Below, piece by piece: positions 29,541-37,724 of a DNA stretch of 64,000 nt. The DNA lies in IMG/VR virus record IMGVR_UViG_3300044831_000007, positions 2,518 to 66,517 of that record. One strand, given 5' to 3'. Position 1 is the first letter of the stretch; the number at the start of each line of letters is the position of its first letter. This DNA comes from a virus (taxonomy: Duplodnaviria > Caudoviricetes). A program made the translations under genes and the position numbers. A model generated the notes under the pieces. That model was given only the letters and a program-made list of their open reading frames with translations, did not search any database and was not told the DNA's origin.

Positions 29541-29867
29541 CTAGAAGTTTATGTACTCTTTACTCGCGTCGCCTTCGGGCCTACGCCTTCCGGTATCCGG
29601 GTGCCTGTGCCAGCCCTCGGGCTCGCCTTCTCCATCGCGCCCTATCCATTCGGCCATCGCTTCCATAGCCAGCCAAAGCCCGTCGAAACACCAGCGGTCG
29701 CCATACCCGCACCGGTCTATATCCGCGAGGATCGCGTAGTTAAACCCCATGCGCGTGATGCACGCATCGCGGCCGTTCGGAAATACCGTGTAGTCCGTGT
29801 AGTTGTTGGCCTCGCAGATCGCCAAGCCTCGCTCATAGGCTAAGCGTTCACGCTCTTCAACCTTCAT
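29541..29867 (-). CDS. Conserved-looking phage hypothetical protein (108 aa)
   Basis: GGAG RBS and ATGA overlap; GYGDRWCF...EPEGWHRHPDTGRRR motif. Confidence 0.7.
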   Translation of the reverse strand: MKVEERERLAYERGLAICEANNYTDYTVFPNGRDACITRMGFNYAILADIDRCGYGDRWCFDGLWLAMEAMAEWIGRDGEGEPEGWHRHPDTGRRRPEGDASKEYINF

Positions 29868-30151
29868 TTCGCTCTCCACTCGTCCTTGATCTGCCGCATG
29901 CGGCGTTCGTGCTCTTCCAATATGATCTTGCGCGCCTGCCGGAAGTCGAGCCAGTCACGCACCATGAGGGTGCCCGTGCGCGTAAGCCGGATGCCCGTCA
30001 GGAACGCAAACGGAACAAGCAGCGAATTGAACACTTGCAGCCACACCGGATGCTCGGAGAAGTGCCAGAGCTGATACAGGCAGTTGCCCGCAACGCTGAA
30101 CTCCAGCAGTGCGAACCCCACGACCAGCGCGAGCACGTATTGGACTTTCAT
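29864..30151 (-). CDS. Two-TM membrane protein (95 aa)
   Basis: Two hydrophobic segments and a charged C-terminus; ATGA coupling. Confidence 0.65.
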   Translation of the reverse strand: MKVQYVLALVVGFALLEFSVAGNCLYQLWHFSEHPVWLQVFNSLLVPFAFLTGIRLTRTGTLMVRDWLDFRQARKIILEEHERRMRQIKDEWRAK

Positions 30152-30723
30152 TCGGGCTTGGCCGGAAACAGGTGCTGCATGTGCGCGACGATTTCACGGC
30201 GCTCGCGCTCCATGCGCGCGTGCCCTGCCATGGCTTCATCAAAGGTCGCGTAGCGGTTCATATCCATCTCATCGCGCATCATCTCCTTGCGGCCGAACAT
30301 ATCCACTTCCCTCAAGGTCGCCGAGAACACCATGGATTCGAACAGGATCGGCGGACCCCCGAAGCTGTAGTTGTGATCGAGGCCCAGAAAGATGGTCGAT
30401 AGCCACGAGCCATCTTCGAAGTCCGTGCGCTTTTGAAAGCGGTTTTCGAACTCCGTGGTGGCCCAGCCGATCAGCTTGTCGCGGTTGATTGAGCCGTCCG
30501 GGTTCTCCGTGATAACCGGCGTGACGCTGTGATCGGGGTTCATCCGCCAGTGCAGCGGACGCTGCCGCAGGAACGCGCTAAAGGCCGGCTTCAGCTCGTC
30601 CATGACGGCCTTGGCCTTCACGGCTTTGCTAATGCGGATCAGCGTCGCGGCCATGTCGGCGTGCGCCAGCAGCGCGTACATGCTGCGCTCGCTCTGTGCC
30701 TGTGCGTGTTTAGCGACCTTCAA
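30148..30723 (-). CDS. Hypothetical protein (start uncertain; TTG 30723 preferred)
   Basis: STIFLGLDHNYSFGGPPILFESMVF motif; GGAG 8 nt before a TTG overlapping the upstream stop. Confidence 0.6.
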   Translation of the reverse strand: MKVAKHAQAQSERSMYALLAHADMAATLIRISKAVKAKAVMDELKPAFSAFLRQRPLHWRMNPDHSVTPVITENPDGSINRDKLIGWATTEFENRFQKRTDFEDGSWLSTIFLGLDHNYSFGGPPILFESMVFSATLREVDMFGRKEMMRDEMDMNRYATFDEAMAGHARMERERREIVAHMQHLFPAKPE

Positions 30724-30953
30724 AGCCACGTCTCCACAACGGAGGGGTGATCGACATCTGAGCGCATGAGGCACGTCAGTCCGGGATAATGCGTGGTGAT
30801 GAACGTCCGCGCCTCCTCCAGCGTCGCGCCGAAGAACGCGTGCTCGGTTGACTTATCCAGATAGAACAGCCGTGCCACGAAAAAATCGGGCGCGTCGTCT
30901 GGTCTCGCGAAGATAGTCCAGGCGCCCAGCTCGCCGGTTGGTGACACGATCAT
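30720..30953 (-). CDS. Hypothetical protein (77 aa)
   Basis: First ORF of the leftward small-gene block, after an AT-rich gap. Confidence 0.6.
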   Translation of the reverse strand: MIVSPTGELGAWTIFARPDDAPDFFVARLFYLDKSTEHAFFGATLEEARTFITTHYPGLTCLMRSDVDHPSVVETWL

Positions 30954-31163
30954 ATAGCGTTGGCGTTAAGGTATATCGTATTAACGGAGGATAGTCTACC
31001 GTGAATTAAAGGCAATATTTGCCTTAATGTCGCCGTGGGACCCACTGGGGCGCACCGCTTCGATGATGTCGCAATCCGTTAGCGCGTAAATATTATCCAG
31101 CTTGGCCGGTGGTTCCGACTGCTGTGATCGTGCGAGCAAATGGGTCGATCAGATATGCGCGCA

Positions 31164-32084
31164 TTACGTTCCTCCAGTAAATGGTAGAGACTTCTGTCCG
31201 CCGTTTGTGCGCTGCACGCTGACTAAATCACCTTCACCTAGTTGCCAGCTCGCGATGAACCCGACTTCGACTAGCGAGTCGAGTGCCTTGCGGAGTTGCT
31301 GCCGGAACGATGGCAAGCTCTTCTGCCGGCTTCCCGTGTACTCTCGCAACGTCGCTACCTTGAGCGCGTAAGGTTTTTCATGCGTCGCATAGAACGCGTG
31401 AAGCCACCGCGCCAAGGGGTTCAATCGGGCGCGCATCATGTAATCGATTAGCGTAACCGCGTCGCCGGCCATGAGCCCCGCGATCTTGGTATTCAGATAG
31501 ATGTTCCATGGCAAGGAAGGGCTGCTGTCGTCTACCACGTCGATCGTGTGTATCAAGTGAGCACCGTAGACCGGGCGCCATGTGTTACCCCGCTTCCCTG
31601 CTCGTTCGATATAGCGCTCCACGATCACCGTACCAGTGAGAAGTCGCCAGTACGATTGCCGCAAGCGTTCGTAGCAGGCGCCCTCACGTGGCCAGCCCAG
31701 CCCGTCGAGCGCGTCGTTGCCAATGACCGTCAGTACCGTCTCTAGGTCGTCGTCCTTGGCCATGTGGCAAAGCTGCATAAAGACATCTAGGTCTTCCTGT
31801 CTAAGCTCCTGCCCGGTATATGTGATCCGCATATTCTGGATCGTTGCGATCGGCTGCTTGTCATACATCACTCGCGGCGTCTTCATGTCTGCAACTTGGA
31901 ACAAGGCACTGCGCGTTAGGTCTTTTGAGATACCGCGCATGGTGTCTGTCCATGCCTTCATCTGTAGACGCTTCGGCAGTACCTCGACTTCATCATTTCC
32001 CTCTTCCTGCTCGGCCTGTGCGGTCGCTGCTCGCTCTCTATTTTCTTGGAGCCTTTGCAGGGCCATTTGTATGTTCGCGTCCAC
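31164..32084 (-). CDS. trfA: TrfA-family plasmid replication initiator (306 aa; GTG start)
   Basis: RSALFQV, ITYTGQELRQEDLDVF, LARWLHAFYATHEKPYALKVATLREYTGS and FRQQLRKALDSL match the TrfA family pattern. AGGAG RBS before GTG 32084; the track start at 32150 translates the iterons. Confidence 0.85.
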   Translation of the reverse strand: MDANIQMALQRLQENRERAATAQAEQEEGNDEVEVLPKRLQMKAWTDTMRGISKDLTRSALFQVADMKTPRVMYDKQPIATIQNMRITYTGQELRQEDLDVFMQLCHMAKDDDLETVLTVIGNDALDGLGWPREGACYERLRQSYWRLLTGTVIVERYIERAGKRGNTWRPVYGAHLIHTIDVVDDSSPSLPWNIYLNTKIAGLMAGDAVTLIDYMMRARLNPLARWLHAFYATHEKPYALKVATLREYTGSRQKSLPSFRQQLRKALDSLVEVGFIASWQLGEGDLVSVQRTNGGQKSLPFTGGT

Positions 32085-32093
32085 GCTCTCTCC

Positions 32094-32102
32094 TGTGGAT
32101 AA
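32094..32102 (-). promoter_or_regulatory. DnaA box (perfect TTATCCACA on the minus strand)
   Basis: TGTGGATAA on the plus strand, left of the iterons. Confidence 0.75.
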
Positions 32103-32115
32103 ATGGGTTAACCCT

Positions 32116-32195
32116 GAGTGAAACTGCATATGTCTAGAGTGAAACTGCATACGGTTCTGAGTGAAACTGCATACGGTTCTGAGTGAAACTGCATA
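32116..32195. repeat. Four iterons GAGTGAAACTGCATA (plasmid oriV)
   Basis: Exact 15-mers at 32116, 32137, 32159 and 32181 (period 21-22 bp), directly upstream of trfA. Confidence 0.92.
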
Positions 32196-32260
32196 TGTCG
32201 TACCATTGCTTTCCCCAGCATTAACAGAGACTTAGGATCACTTTTAGCGGGTGCTAAGCC

Positions 32261-32283
32261 TTTCTTTAAGCTTTTCTTTAAGC
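32261..32283. repeat. AT-rich direct repeat TTTCTTTAAGC x2 (candidate unwinding element)
   Basis: 11-mers at 32261 and 32273, between the iterons and the second DnaA box. Confidence 0.55.
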
Positions 32284-32300
32284 GTAAACCGTTCTCAGCC

Positions 32301-32309
32301 TGTGGATAA
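32301..32309 (-). promoter_or_regulatory. DnaA box (perfect TTATCCACA on the minus strand)
   Basis: TGTGGATAA on the plus strand, right of the AT-rich region. Confidence 0.75.
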
Positions 32310-32344
32310 CCGAAAAACCAAAAAGCAGTTTTGCAAAGGGGTGG

Positions 32345-32713
32345 TCATTTCAGTTCCGTGGTGAAAGCCGTGCGTTCGTATGCTTCGAGCGCATAGGCAC
32401 GCAGTTCGTTATCGTCAAGCGTCTTCGCGATCGCCCACAAGGCAGACCGGGCTGCGCTCAATTGCCGTCCGACCTCGTTGTGGCCTTTCTCACGCCCTGC
32501 CGCAAACCCGGCCTTAGCTCCAGCTTCCAAGGGCAGTCCTTCCCCTCTCTCGGCTTTCTCAACGCCCCATGGTCCGCCGCTCAATTGCCACGCTGCCGCG
32601 TCGATCGCCTGCTGCTTGGCCTCCGCTCTCGCGATGACTATGACGCGCTCATCGGTCTCCGAGTTGCGAAAGGTGATGGACCAGAGGGGTTGAATGTACG
32701 GTTGTTCGGTCAT
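32345..32713 (-). CDS. Hypothetical protein in the partition operon (122 aa)
   Basis: GGAGA RBS; 2 nt after the stop of the RHH gene. Confidence 0.65.
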   Translation of the reverse strand: MTEQPYIQPLWSITFRNSETDERVIVIARAEAKQQAIDAAAWQLSGGPWGVEKAERGEGLPLEAGAKAGFAAGREKGHNEVGRQLSAARSALWAIAKTLDDNELRAYALEAYERTAFTTELK

Positions 32714-32715
32714 GA

Positions 32716-33150
32716 TCAGTGGTTCTCCTTCACTTCGGTTTCACGCTTGCGGATCGCTTCGATACGGGCGTTTAGACCCTGCTCCAGAATCTCGATCGCG
32801 ATCCCGTGCAGGCTGTTGCGCCCAAGCGAGTGCTCGGTCACGTAGACCAGTTTCGCGTGCAGCGGTGCCTTGGCGCGCATGGTGAAGTGCGCCGGAATCC
32901 TTGGATCAGCGGCGTCCCACGGTAGCACTTCAACCGCTTTATCGGGTTTTGCCTTACCCTCGGATACCTTCGCGGTGCGTTTACGGGCTACTGGCGGGCT
33001 TGCTGGGGGTTCGGAGGTAGTTTGTGTCGTCTTCTCCCCTTCCGGCGGCGCCACGGGCTGATTCTGTGCATCGCCCGATCCGTCGTCTTCCGCTTTGGCG
33101 AGGAACTTCAGCCTTTTCTGCTCTTGCAGGGCTTCTTTCAGGTCGCTCAT
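32716..33150 (-). CDS. Putative type Ib centromere-binding protein (ParG/omega-like ribbon-helix-helix, 144 aa)
   Basis: ATGA-coupled to parA; disordered N-terminal part, then AHFTMRAKAPLHAKLVYVTEHSLGRNSLHGIAIEILEQGL (strand-helix-helix pattern). Confidence 0.65.
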   Translation of the reverse strand: MSDLKEALQEQKRLKFLAKAEDDGSGDAQNQPVAPPEGEKTTQTTSEPPASPPVARKRTAKVSEGKAKPDKAVEVLPWDAADPRIPAHFTMRAKAPLHAKLVYVTEHSLGRNSLHGIAIEILEQGLNARIEAIRKRETEVKENH

Positions 33151-33809
33151 TGCCAGACCTCGTGCGCCAACTCCACGATTTCGCGACGGGCGTCGGCGTG
33201 TCGAAGGCCCCTTGCGAACTCAACGACCGACTGCCCTTTCTCTGCCACGCGCATATAAATCCGCCGATGAATTATCTGGGTGTTCATCATCGTGAAAGTC
33301 GGCATCTCCGATAACTCTGAGCGCACGTCTTGCGCCGCAGAGTCACCCCGGTAGTGAGGCGAACACTCGTTCAAAAGGATGAACGCCTGGAGTTTCGGGT
33401 TGATTATGCGGGCTTCTTCGACCGCATCTGCCACATCGATCGCCGTAGCGCTGTCGAAAAGAGATGGCTTGATTGGCATGATTATCTTGTCGGCGATCAA
33501 CATTGCCTCACGCATCTCGCGGTTCAGCGCTTCCGATCCGCGTGTATCCAGCACGATATCGTCGTAGTCCGGCGCGAAGTCCATCACGCACTTGCCGGCG
33601 CCCTTCCCTAGTTGCGTCATGAAATGCAGCTTCACGGCATTCGGCGCGTGCTTGCCACGCTGCTGATACCAAACCCGCAGACTCCCCTGTTTGTCCATAT
33701 CCACGATCAGCACCTTGCGGTTCATCGCGGCGCGGACCTGCGCGACTTGGCACGCGTGCGTGGTTTTCCCCGTGCCGCCCTTCGCTGAAGCAAAAGCAAT
33801 GATGGCCAT
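33147..33809 (-). CDS. parA: ParA-family partition ATPase, short type Ib (220 aa)
   Basis: Deviant Walker A KGGTGKTT; LIVDMDKQGS; IVLDT; ADKIIMPIKPSLFD; no N-terminal HTH. Confidence 0.92.
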   Translation of the reverse strand: MAIIAFASAKGGTGKTTHACQVAQVRAAMNRKVLIVDMDKQGSLRVWYQQRGKHAPNAVKLHFMTQLGKGAGKCVMDFAPDYDDIVLDTRGSEALNREMREAMLIADKIIMPIKPSLFDSATAIDVADAVEEARIINPKLQAFILLNECSPHYRGDSAAQDVRSELSEMPTFTMMNTQIIHRRIYMRVAEKGQSVVEFARGLRHADARREIVELAHEVWQ

Positions 33810-33833
33810 GTCATCTCCCCTTAACGAGTTAAC

Positions 33834-33982
33834 ATCATGTGATGTGACGGCAGCTCATGTCAAGCGAGGTGAGGTGATTCGATACAAGGTGACGTGTGGT
33901 GATGTCACCTGATACTGTGTGATGTGGTGTGAATTGGTATGGAGTGAGGTGAGTCGATCTGAGGTGATGTGATATCACATCA
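33834..33982. repeat. 5-bp-period GTGA array, candidate partition centromere and parA operator
   Basis: 12 GTGA copies all start at positions equal to 4 mod 5; the intervening slots hold variants (GTCA, GCGA, CTGA, GTGG, TCGA). Confidence 0.8.
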
Positions 33983-34039
33983 TGCTGAAAGCAGTTTGTA
34001 ATGCAGCTCGATCATTTGTGTGAAGATTGGACAACATCT

Positions 34040-35149
34040 ATGAGCACACTCGACAATTTCATGGCGTTCCTTGATTCTTTGCAAGGCAAAGACGGCAAAG
34101 ACGGCAAGGACGGCAAAGACGGCAAAGACGGTAAAGACGGCAAGCCCTATGACGCGCGTGCGCTGGTCAATGATCCGCGCTTGGCGCCGGGCTTGAAGCT
34201 GTATTACGGCGTGAATGGGCATTGGGATTATCCGGGGACGAGCTCGGCGCCGGCACAGATCATCGCGAAGATGAAAACTATGGGCATGACGGTGTATCGG
34301 GCCACATGGGAAGGCTCCGACGCCTCGTTAGCCGTTTTGCTCGCGTTGGCGCAGGCGTTCCAAGCCGATGGCACTGGATTGAGCCTGTACGTGTGCCTGA
34401 ACGTGAGTCTGACGTCTGACGGTACGAACTTGTGGGGGTCGGAGGCGCTTGCGTACAGTTACGCGTTTGCCGCAGGCCAGCACGTCGCGGCGGTGTTGCA
34501 GCCGGCGGGCGTGGTGATGTACGAGTGCGGCAACGAATTGACGCGCAAGGCCGGCATGACGGGGATTTATCCGGCCATCCAGGGCACGATCGCGGGCGAT
34601 TTTAACAATGCGATGTGGGCGATTTTGCGCGGGGTGACGACCGGCGTCTTTGACGGGGTGAAGTCTTACCAGTGCAATGCGATTTGTGCGAGTAACGCGT
34701 GGGTGTTTTCCGAGTACGCCGCTGCCGAAATGCTATGGACCGGTACGAGTCCCGATGGCTCGGGCGGGCATCGGGCCTTGAAGTGGGACGTAACGGCGTT
34801 GCACAGTTATCACAACTGGGGCAACCCGATGAAAACGTATTACGACGGTCCGGGCGTCGGGCCGACCTTCGACTATCTCGCGCGCATGACGCAGTTTGGC
34901 CGTCCTATCGTGATCAGTGAATTCAATGGGGACGCGGGCGCGATGAGCGATGCGGCCATGTCGGCGTGGGTGTTGCAGATGTATACGCAGTGGTACGCGA
35001 TTCGCCGCCGCTACAACATCGCCTCGGTGATGCTGTATGCGCTGTACAACGCGGACTATCCGTGGGGGTGTTTGAATCAGGACGGCACGATTATCCAGAG
35101 CCTCGGGCAGACGGTGCACGATTTTATTGTCGCCAACCCGGATGACTGA
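34040..35149 (+). CDS. Clan GH-A-like glycoside hydrolase with N-terminal collagen-like (GKD)6 repeat (369 aa)
   Basis: GKD x6 at 34085-34138; YECGNEL (acid/base) and VISEFN (nucleophile) motifs; ALHSYH; lone rightward gene in a leftward region. Confidence 0.7.
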   Translation: MSTLDNFMAFLDSLQGKDGKDGKDGKDGKDGKDGKPYDARALVNDPRLAPGLKLYYGVNGHWDYPGTSSAPAQIIAKMKTMGMTVYRATWEGSDASLAVLLALAQAFQADGTGLSLYVCLNVSLTSDGTNLWGSEALAYSYAFAAGQHVAAVLQPAGVVMYECGNELTRKAGMTGIYPAIQGTIAGDFNNAMWAILRGVTTGVFDGVKSYQCNAICASNAWVFSEYAAAEMLWTGTSPDGSGGHRALKWDVTALHSYHNWGNPMKTYYDGPGVGPTFDYLARMTQFGRPIVISEFNGDAGAMSDAAMSAWVLQMYTQWYAIRRRYNIASVMLYALYNADYPWGCLNQDGTIIQSLGQTVHDFIVANPDD

Positions 35150-35328
35150 ATTAACAGAAAGGTTTTTGTAAGCAAACTCGAGATTTGTCAGACGATTGAG
35201 TCCCGGCTTGTCCTGCTTGCTGTGTCGGCCACGCCGCGCGTCAACGGGTATGGGGTGGTGTTATCGAGCAAGACTTTGGGCAAGGTCCGCCGGGGGGAAC
35301 CCGCAGAGCCACCACCATGGAAAAGCGG

Positions 35329-35514
35329 TTAATCCAGTTTCATGTTTACCTTCACCAGCAATTCTTGGAACATCGCGCGCTCGGCCTCCAGAAACGCGAT
35401 GTCTGCGGCGAACTCGAAAACATTCGGGCACTGCCCGATCTGACTGTTCACGTCGCTGATCGCGCGCTCTAGCGCGGCGAATACCGTTTCCAGATTCTTG
35501 CCTGTAAATCTCAT
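35329..35514 (-). CDS. Hypothetical protein (61 aa)
   Basis: ATGA coupling, GGAG RBS. Confidence 0.6.
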   Translation of the reverse strand: MRFTGKNLETVFAALERAISDVNSQIGQCPNVFEFAADIAFLEAERAMFQELLVKVNMKLD

Positions 35515-36113
35515 GACAGCTCCAGGAATTTCAGCAATCGGGTGAAAGTGGGCGTGGGCTTATTGCCCAGTGCCTCCATGAACAGTGACAGCTCGCGAGT
35601 GAGCGCGCGAATCGGGTCAACGGGCGGAAGCCAGTGCTCCGGGCACTCCAGTCCCGTGGCTTCGATGGCTTCGCTCAAGGTATGGATTTCCCCCACGGAC
35701 GGCGCCACTTCGACGCCGGCAACCTGCGCGAGCGCCTTAATGTCGGCGTGCTTCGTCAAGTCTTCTTTCTTGATCCACTCGCAGAGCTTATAGAACTCAA
35801 TCGGGGTCGGCTGCGCCAGCGTCGCGCCTGCGAGCGGCAACTTTTTGAGAGTGATTTTCTCAGTCACGGGTTTTGTTTCCACGGTTTCGCATACGGTGCC
35901 ATTGATCTTCGCAAACCGCTTGATGCGCGCTTGTTCGTTCATGTCGCCGCGCAAGTCGCCTTGCTTGTTCGGGATGCAGAACGTCTGCTCGACGCCGTTT
36001 GCGGCGCGCACGTCGATGCACACGCGATTCTGTTTCATGTACTGGCGCAGCACTTCGCTATCGGTCCCGCGTGCCATGTTAATCAGGGTCTTGGTGCGGT
36101 TCTCCACAATCAC
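35511..36113 (-). CDS. Hypothetical protein (about 190-200 aa; alternative start 36077)
   Basis: Long ORF in the leftward operon. Confidence 0.6.
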   Translation of the reverse strand: MIVENRTKTLINMARGTDSEVLRQYMKQNRVCIDVRAANGVEQTFCIPNKQGDLRGDMNEQARIKRFAKINGTVCETVETKPVTEKITLKKLPLAGATLAQPTPIEFYKLCEWIKKEDLTKHADIKALAQVAGVEVAPSVGEIHTLSEAIEATGLECPEHWLPPVDPIRALTRELSLFMEALGNKPTPTFTRLLKFLELS

Positions 36114-36240
36114 CCTCGCAACGGTCGCAGTGGTCGCCGTAGAACGCGACTTCGGTCTTCGTCAGTATTTCGCCGCACTCGACACAGCGCGCGTAGATGC
36201 AGCAGGCACCGTCGCACACGCAATCGCCGCAGCGCTGCAT
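36079..36240 (-). CDS. Cys-rich mini-protein (53 aa, 10 Cys); not in the ORF track
   Basis: Manual translation MQRCGDCVCDGACCIYARCVECGEILTKTEVAFYGDHCDRCEGDCGEPHQDPD; ATG directly follows the upstream TAA. Confidence 0.6.
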   Translation of the reverse strand: MQRCGDCVCDGACCIYARCVECGEILTKTEVAFYGDHCDRCEGDCGEPHQDPD

Positions 36241-36483
36241 TTACAGCGTCGCGCGGATGCGCGCTCCCAGAATCATGGCGGCATCGTAGAGACCGTCTTC
36301 GTAGCGGTTGCGGCTCTCGTCATATTTGCGTTCCATCGTGACGCAGATTTCTGCCGCCGAGTCGCGCACGGTTGCAATGAGCGCATAGGCCGCGTCGTAC
36401 ACGTAGTCCTTCAGGTCCTCTTGGCCTTCCTGCACGGCAAAGCCGTGATTCAAAAGAAGGTAGCGAATCTCGTCCTTAGTCAC
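36241..36483 (-). CDS. Hypothetical protein (80 aa)
   Basis: GGAGG RBS, GTGA coupling. Confidence 0.65.
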   Translation of the reverse strand: MTKDEIRYLLLNHGFAVQEGQEDLKDYVYDAAYALIATVRDSAAEICVTMERKYDESRNRYEDGLYDAAMILGARIRATL

Positions 36484-36710
36484 CGTGCCTCCAGCTTCTC
36501 GATTTGTAGTTTCAGCTCTTCAATCGCCTGGTTCACGTCCGCGCCGTTTTCCAGCCATTTAACGGTGCAGATCATCGACGTGCGCACGGATTCGAGCGTG
36601 GCATCGTCCCGGCCGCGCGCCTTCAGGCGTTCCTTGATTTCTTTCTGCCCGTCGCGCCAGCCGGTGTTATAGGTCGTGGCGTAGTCGATGATGTCCTCCT
36701 CAGTGCACAT
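36480..36710 (-). CDS. Hypothetical protein (76 aa)
   Basis: ATG 36710 overlaps the upstream gene end; ICTVKWLENG motif. Confidence 0.55.
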   Translation of the reverse strand: MCTEEDIIDYATTYNTGWRDGQKEIKERLKARGRDDATLESVRTSMICTVKWLENGADVNQAIEELKLQIEKLEAR

Positions 36711-36924
36711 GATGTTTGGGGTCCGCGAAGTCGTCCAGCCAGCTAGAGAGCGCGCTAAGGCGAGCGGCAATCGTGCCACGCAAAACCTTGTTCGAAAGGT
36801 TGCCATCGGCCACGGTATAAAGCGCGTCGTCTGCGCCCACGTAGAACTCGATGGTGAACACCAGCTCAGCCAGCGCGGGCAGGGCGTCGGTTTCTTCGAT
36901 CTCGTTCATGATGGCCTGAGCCAT
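36700..36924 (-). CDS. Hypothetical protein (74 aa)
   Basis: Operon packing; acidic. Confidence 0.5.
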   Translation of the reverse strand: MAQAIMNEIEETDALPALAELVFTIEFYVGADDALYTVADGNLSNKVLRGTIAARLSALSSWLDDFADPKHHVH

Positions 36925-37124
36925 GCGATTACAGCGGGCTGCTTCTCGATTTCGTTCGCGGCTTGCCGCAGGCCGCTGACGATCAGGCCCCGATGGTACG
37001 GGTTCCCGATATCGCCTTCAGCCTTCAGCTCCAGCTCTTGCGAACCGTCTTCGCCCGCGACGTGAAAGAAGTCAATGCCGAACACGAACTCGCCGTCTTC
37101 AAAATCCGTAGATTGTTCGATCAT
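36906..37124 (-). CDS. Hypothetical acidic protein (72 aa)
   Basis: ATG 37124 in an ATGA overlap with the upstream stop. Confidence 0.55.
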   Translation of the reverse strand: MIEQSTDFEDGEFVFGIDFFHVAGEDGSQELELKAEGDIGNPYHRGLIVSGLRQAANEIEKQPAVIAWLRPS

Positions 37125-37387
37125 TTCTTTGCCTGACCGATCTGGTACGGCATCCAGCTCGCATAGGCGTCCGTGGCGTCGCCCACGGCCGTGCCATCCT
37201 GCCTCAAGTGGACCGAGCGCCGCGAGCACGCCTGACCATCGGGGGAGAACACGGCCAAGTTGAGCGTCTGGCCATCGATGACACGCGCAATGATCGCGGC
37301 GCACGGGTCGCCGTTCGGCGTGTGCATCGTCGTTTCGTGGAACCCTGGGTGATACCAGATGCTGCGGCCAACAGTCGGTTCAATCAT
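37121..37387 (-). CDS. Conserved-looking phage hypothetical protein (88 aa)
   Basis: PTVGRSIWYHPG...CAAIIARV...LNLAVFSPDG motif; GAGAGG RBS. Confidence 0.7.
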   Translation of the reverse strand: MIEPTVGRSIWYHPGFHETTMHTPNGDPCAAIIARVIDGQTLNLAVFSPDGQACSRRSVHLRQDGTAVGDATDAYASWMPYQIGQAKK

Positions 37388-37475
37388 ACAAAGCCTCTCA
37401 TAGAGTGGCGCGGGCTCTTCCCCCGCGTGGGTCCGTTCTTGCCTTGGGCAGCTCAGGTCCGTGTCCGGTGCGGGC

Positions 37476-37700
37476 TTACTCCACCGCGATCATGTCGAAG
37501 TAGTACTGCTTGCCAATCACCAGTTGCGGGAGCACTTCCGGGTTGTCGATCACGAACTCAGCCAGTCCGGTCGGGGTGGCTTTGTTAAACCGCTGGTCTT
37601 CCGGCGTCGCGGGGTCGTACTCGCAATTGAAGATGGCTTTGACGCCGCCCCATTGCTGCGCCACAACGGCGCTCAGTTTCATCTTTGCTCGAATGGTCAT
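37476..37700 (-). CDS. Conserved-looking phage hypothetical protein (74 aa)
   Basis: AGGA RBS; EDQRFNKATPTGLAEFVIDNP...GKQYYFDM motif. Confidence 0.75.
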   Translation of the reverse strand: MTIRAKMKLSAVVAQQWGGVKAIFNCEYDPATPEDQRFNKATPTGLAEFVIDNPEVLPQLVIGKQYYFDMIAVE

Positions 37701-37724
37701 GCTGGTTTCCTGTGGTTGTGGGAA

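Noticed and set aside
32085-32150. N-terminal extension MQFHSRHMQFHS of the Rep ORF in the track
   Set aside because: It is a translation of the iterons; a good RBS precedes GTG 32084.
32116-32195. Regular direct repeats as a mini CRISPR array
   Set aside because: Spacers are only 6-7 bp and partly identical, and there is no cas operon. The position upstream of a Rep gene with DnaA boxes fits iterons. The Cas4-like gene at 38387 is the standard phage DUF2800 nuclease.
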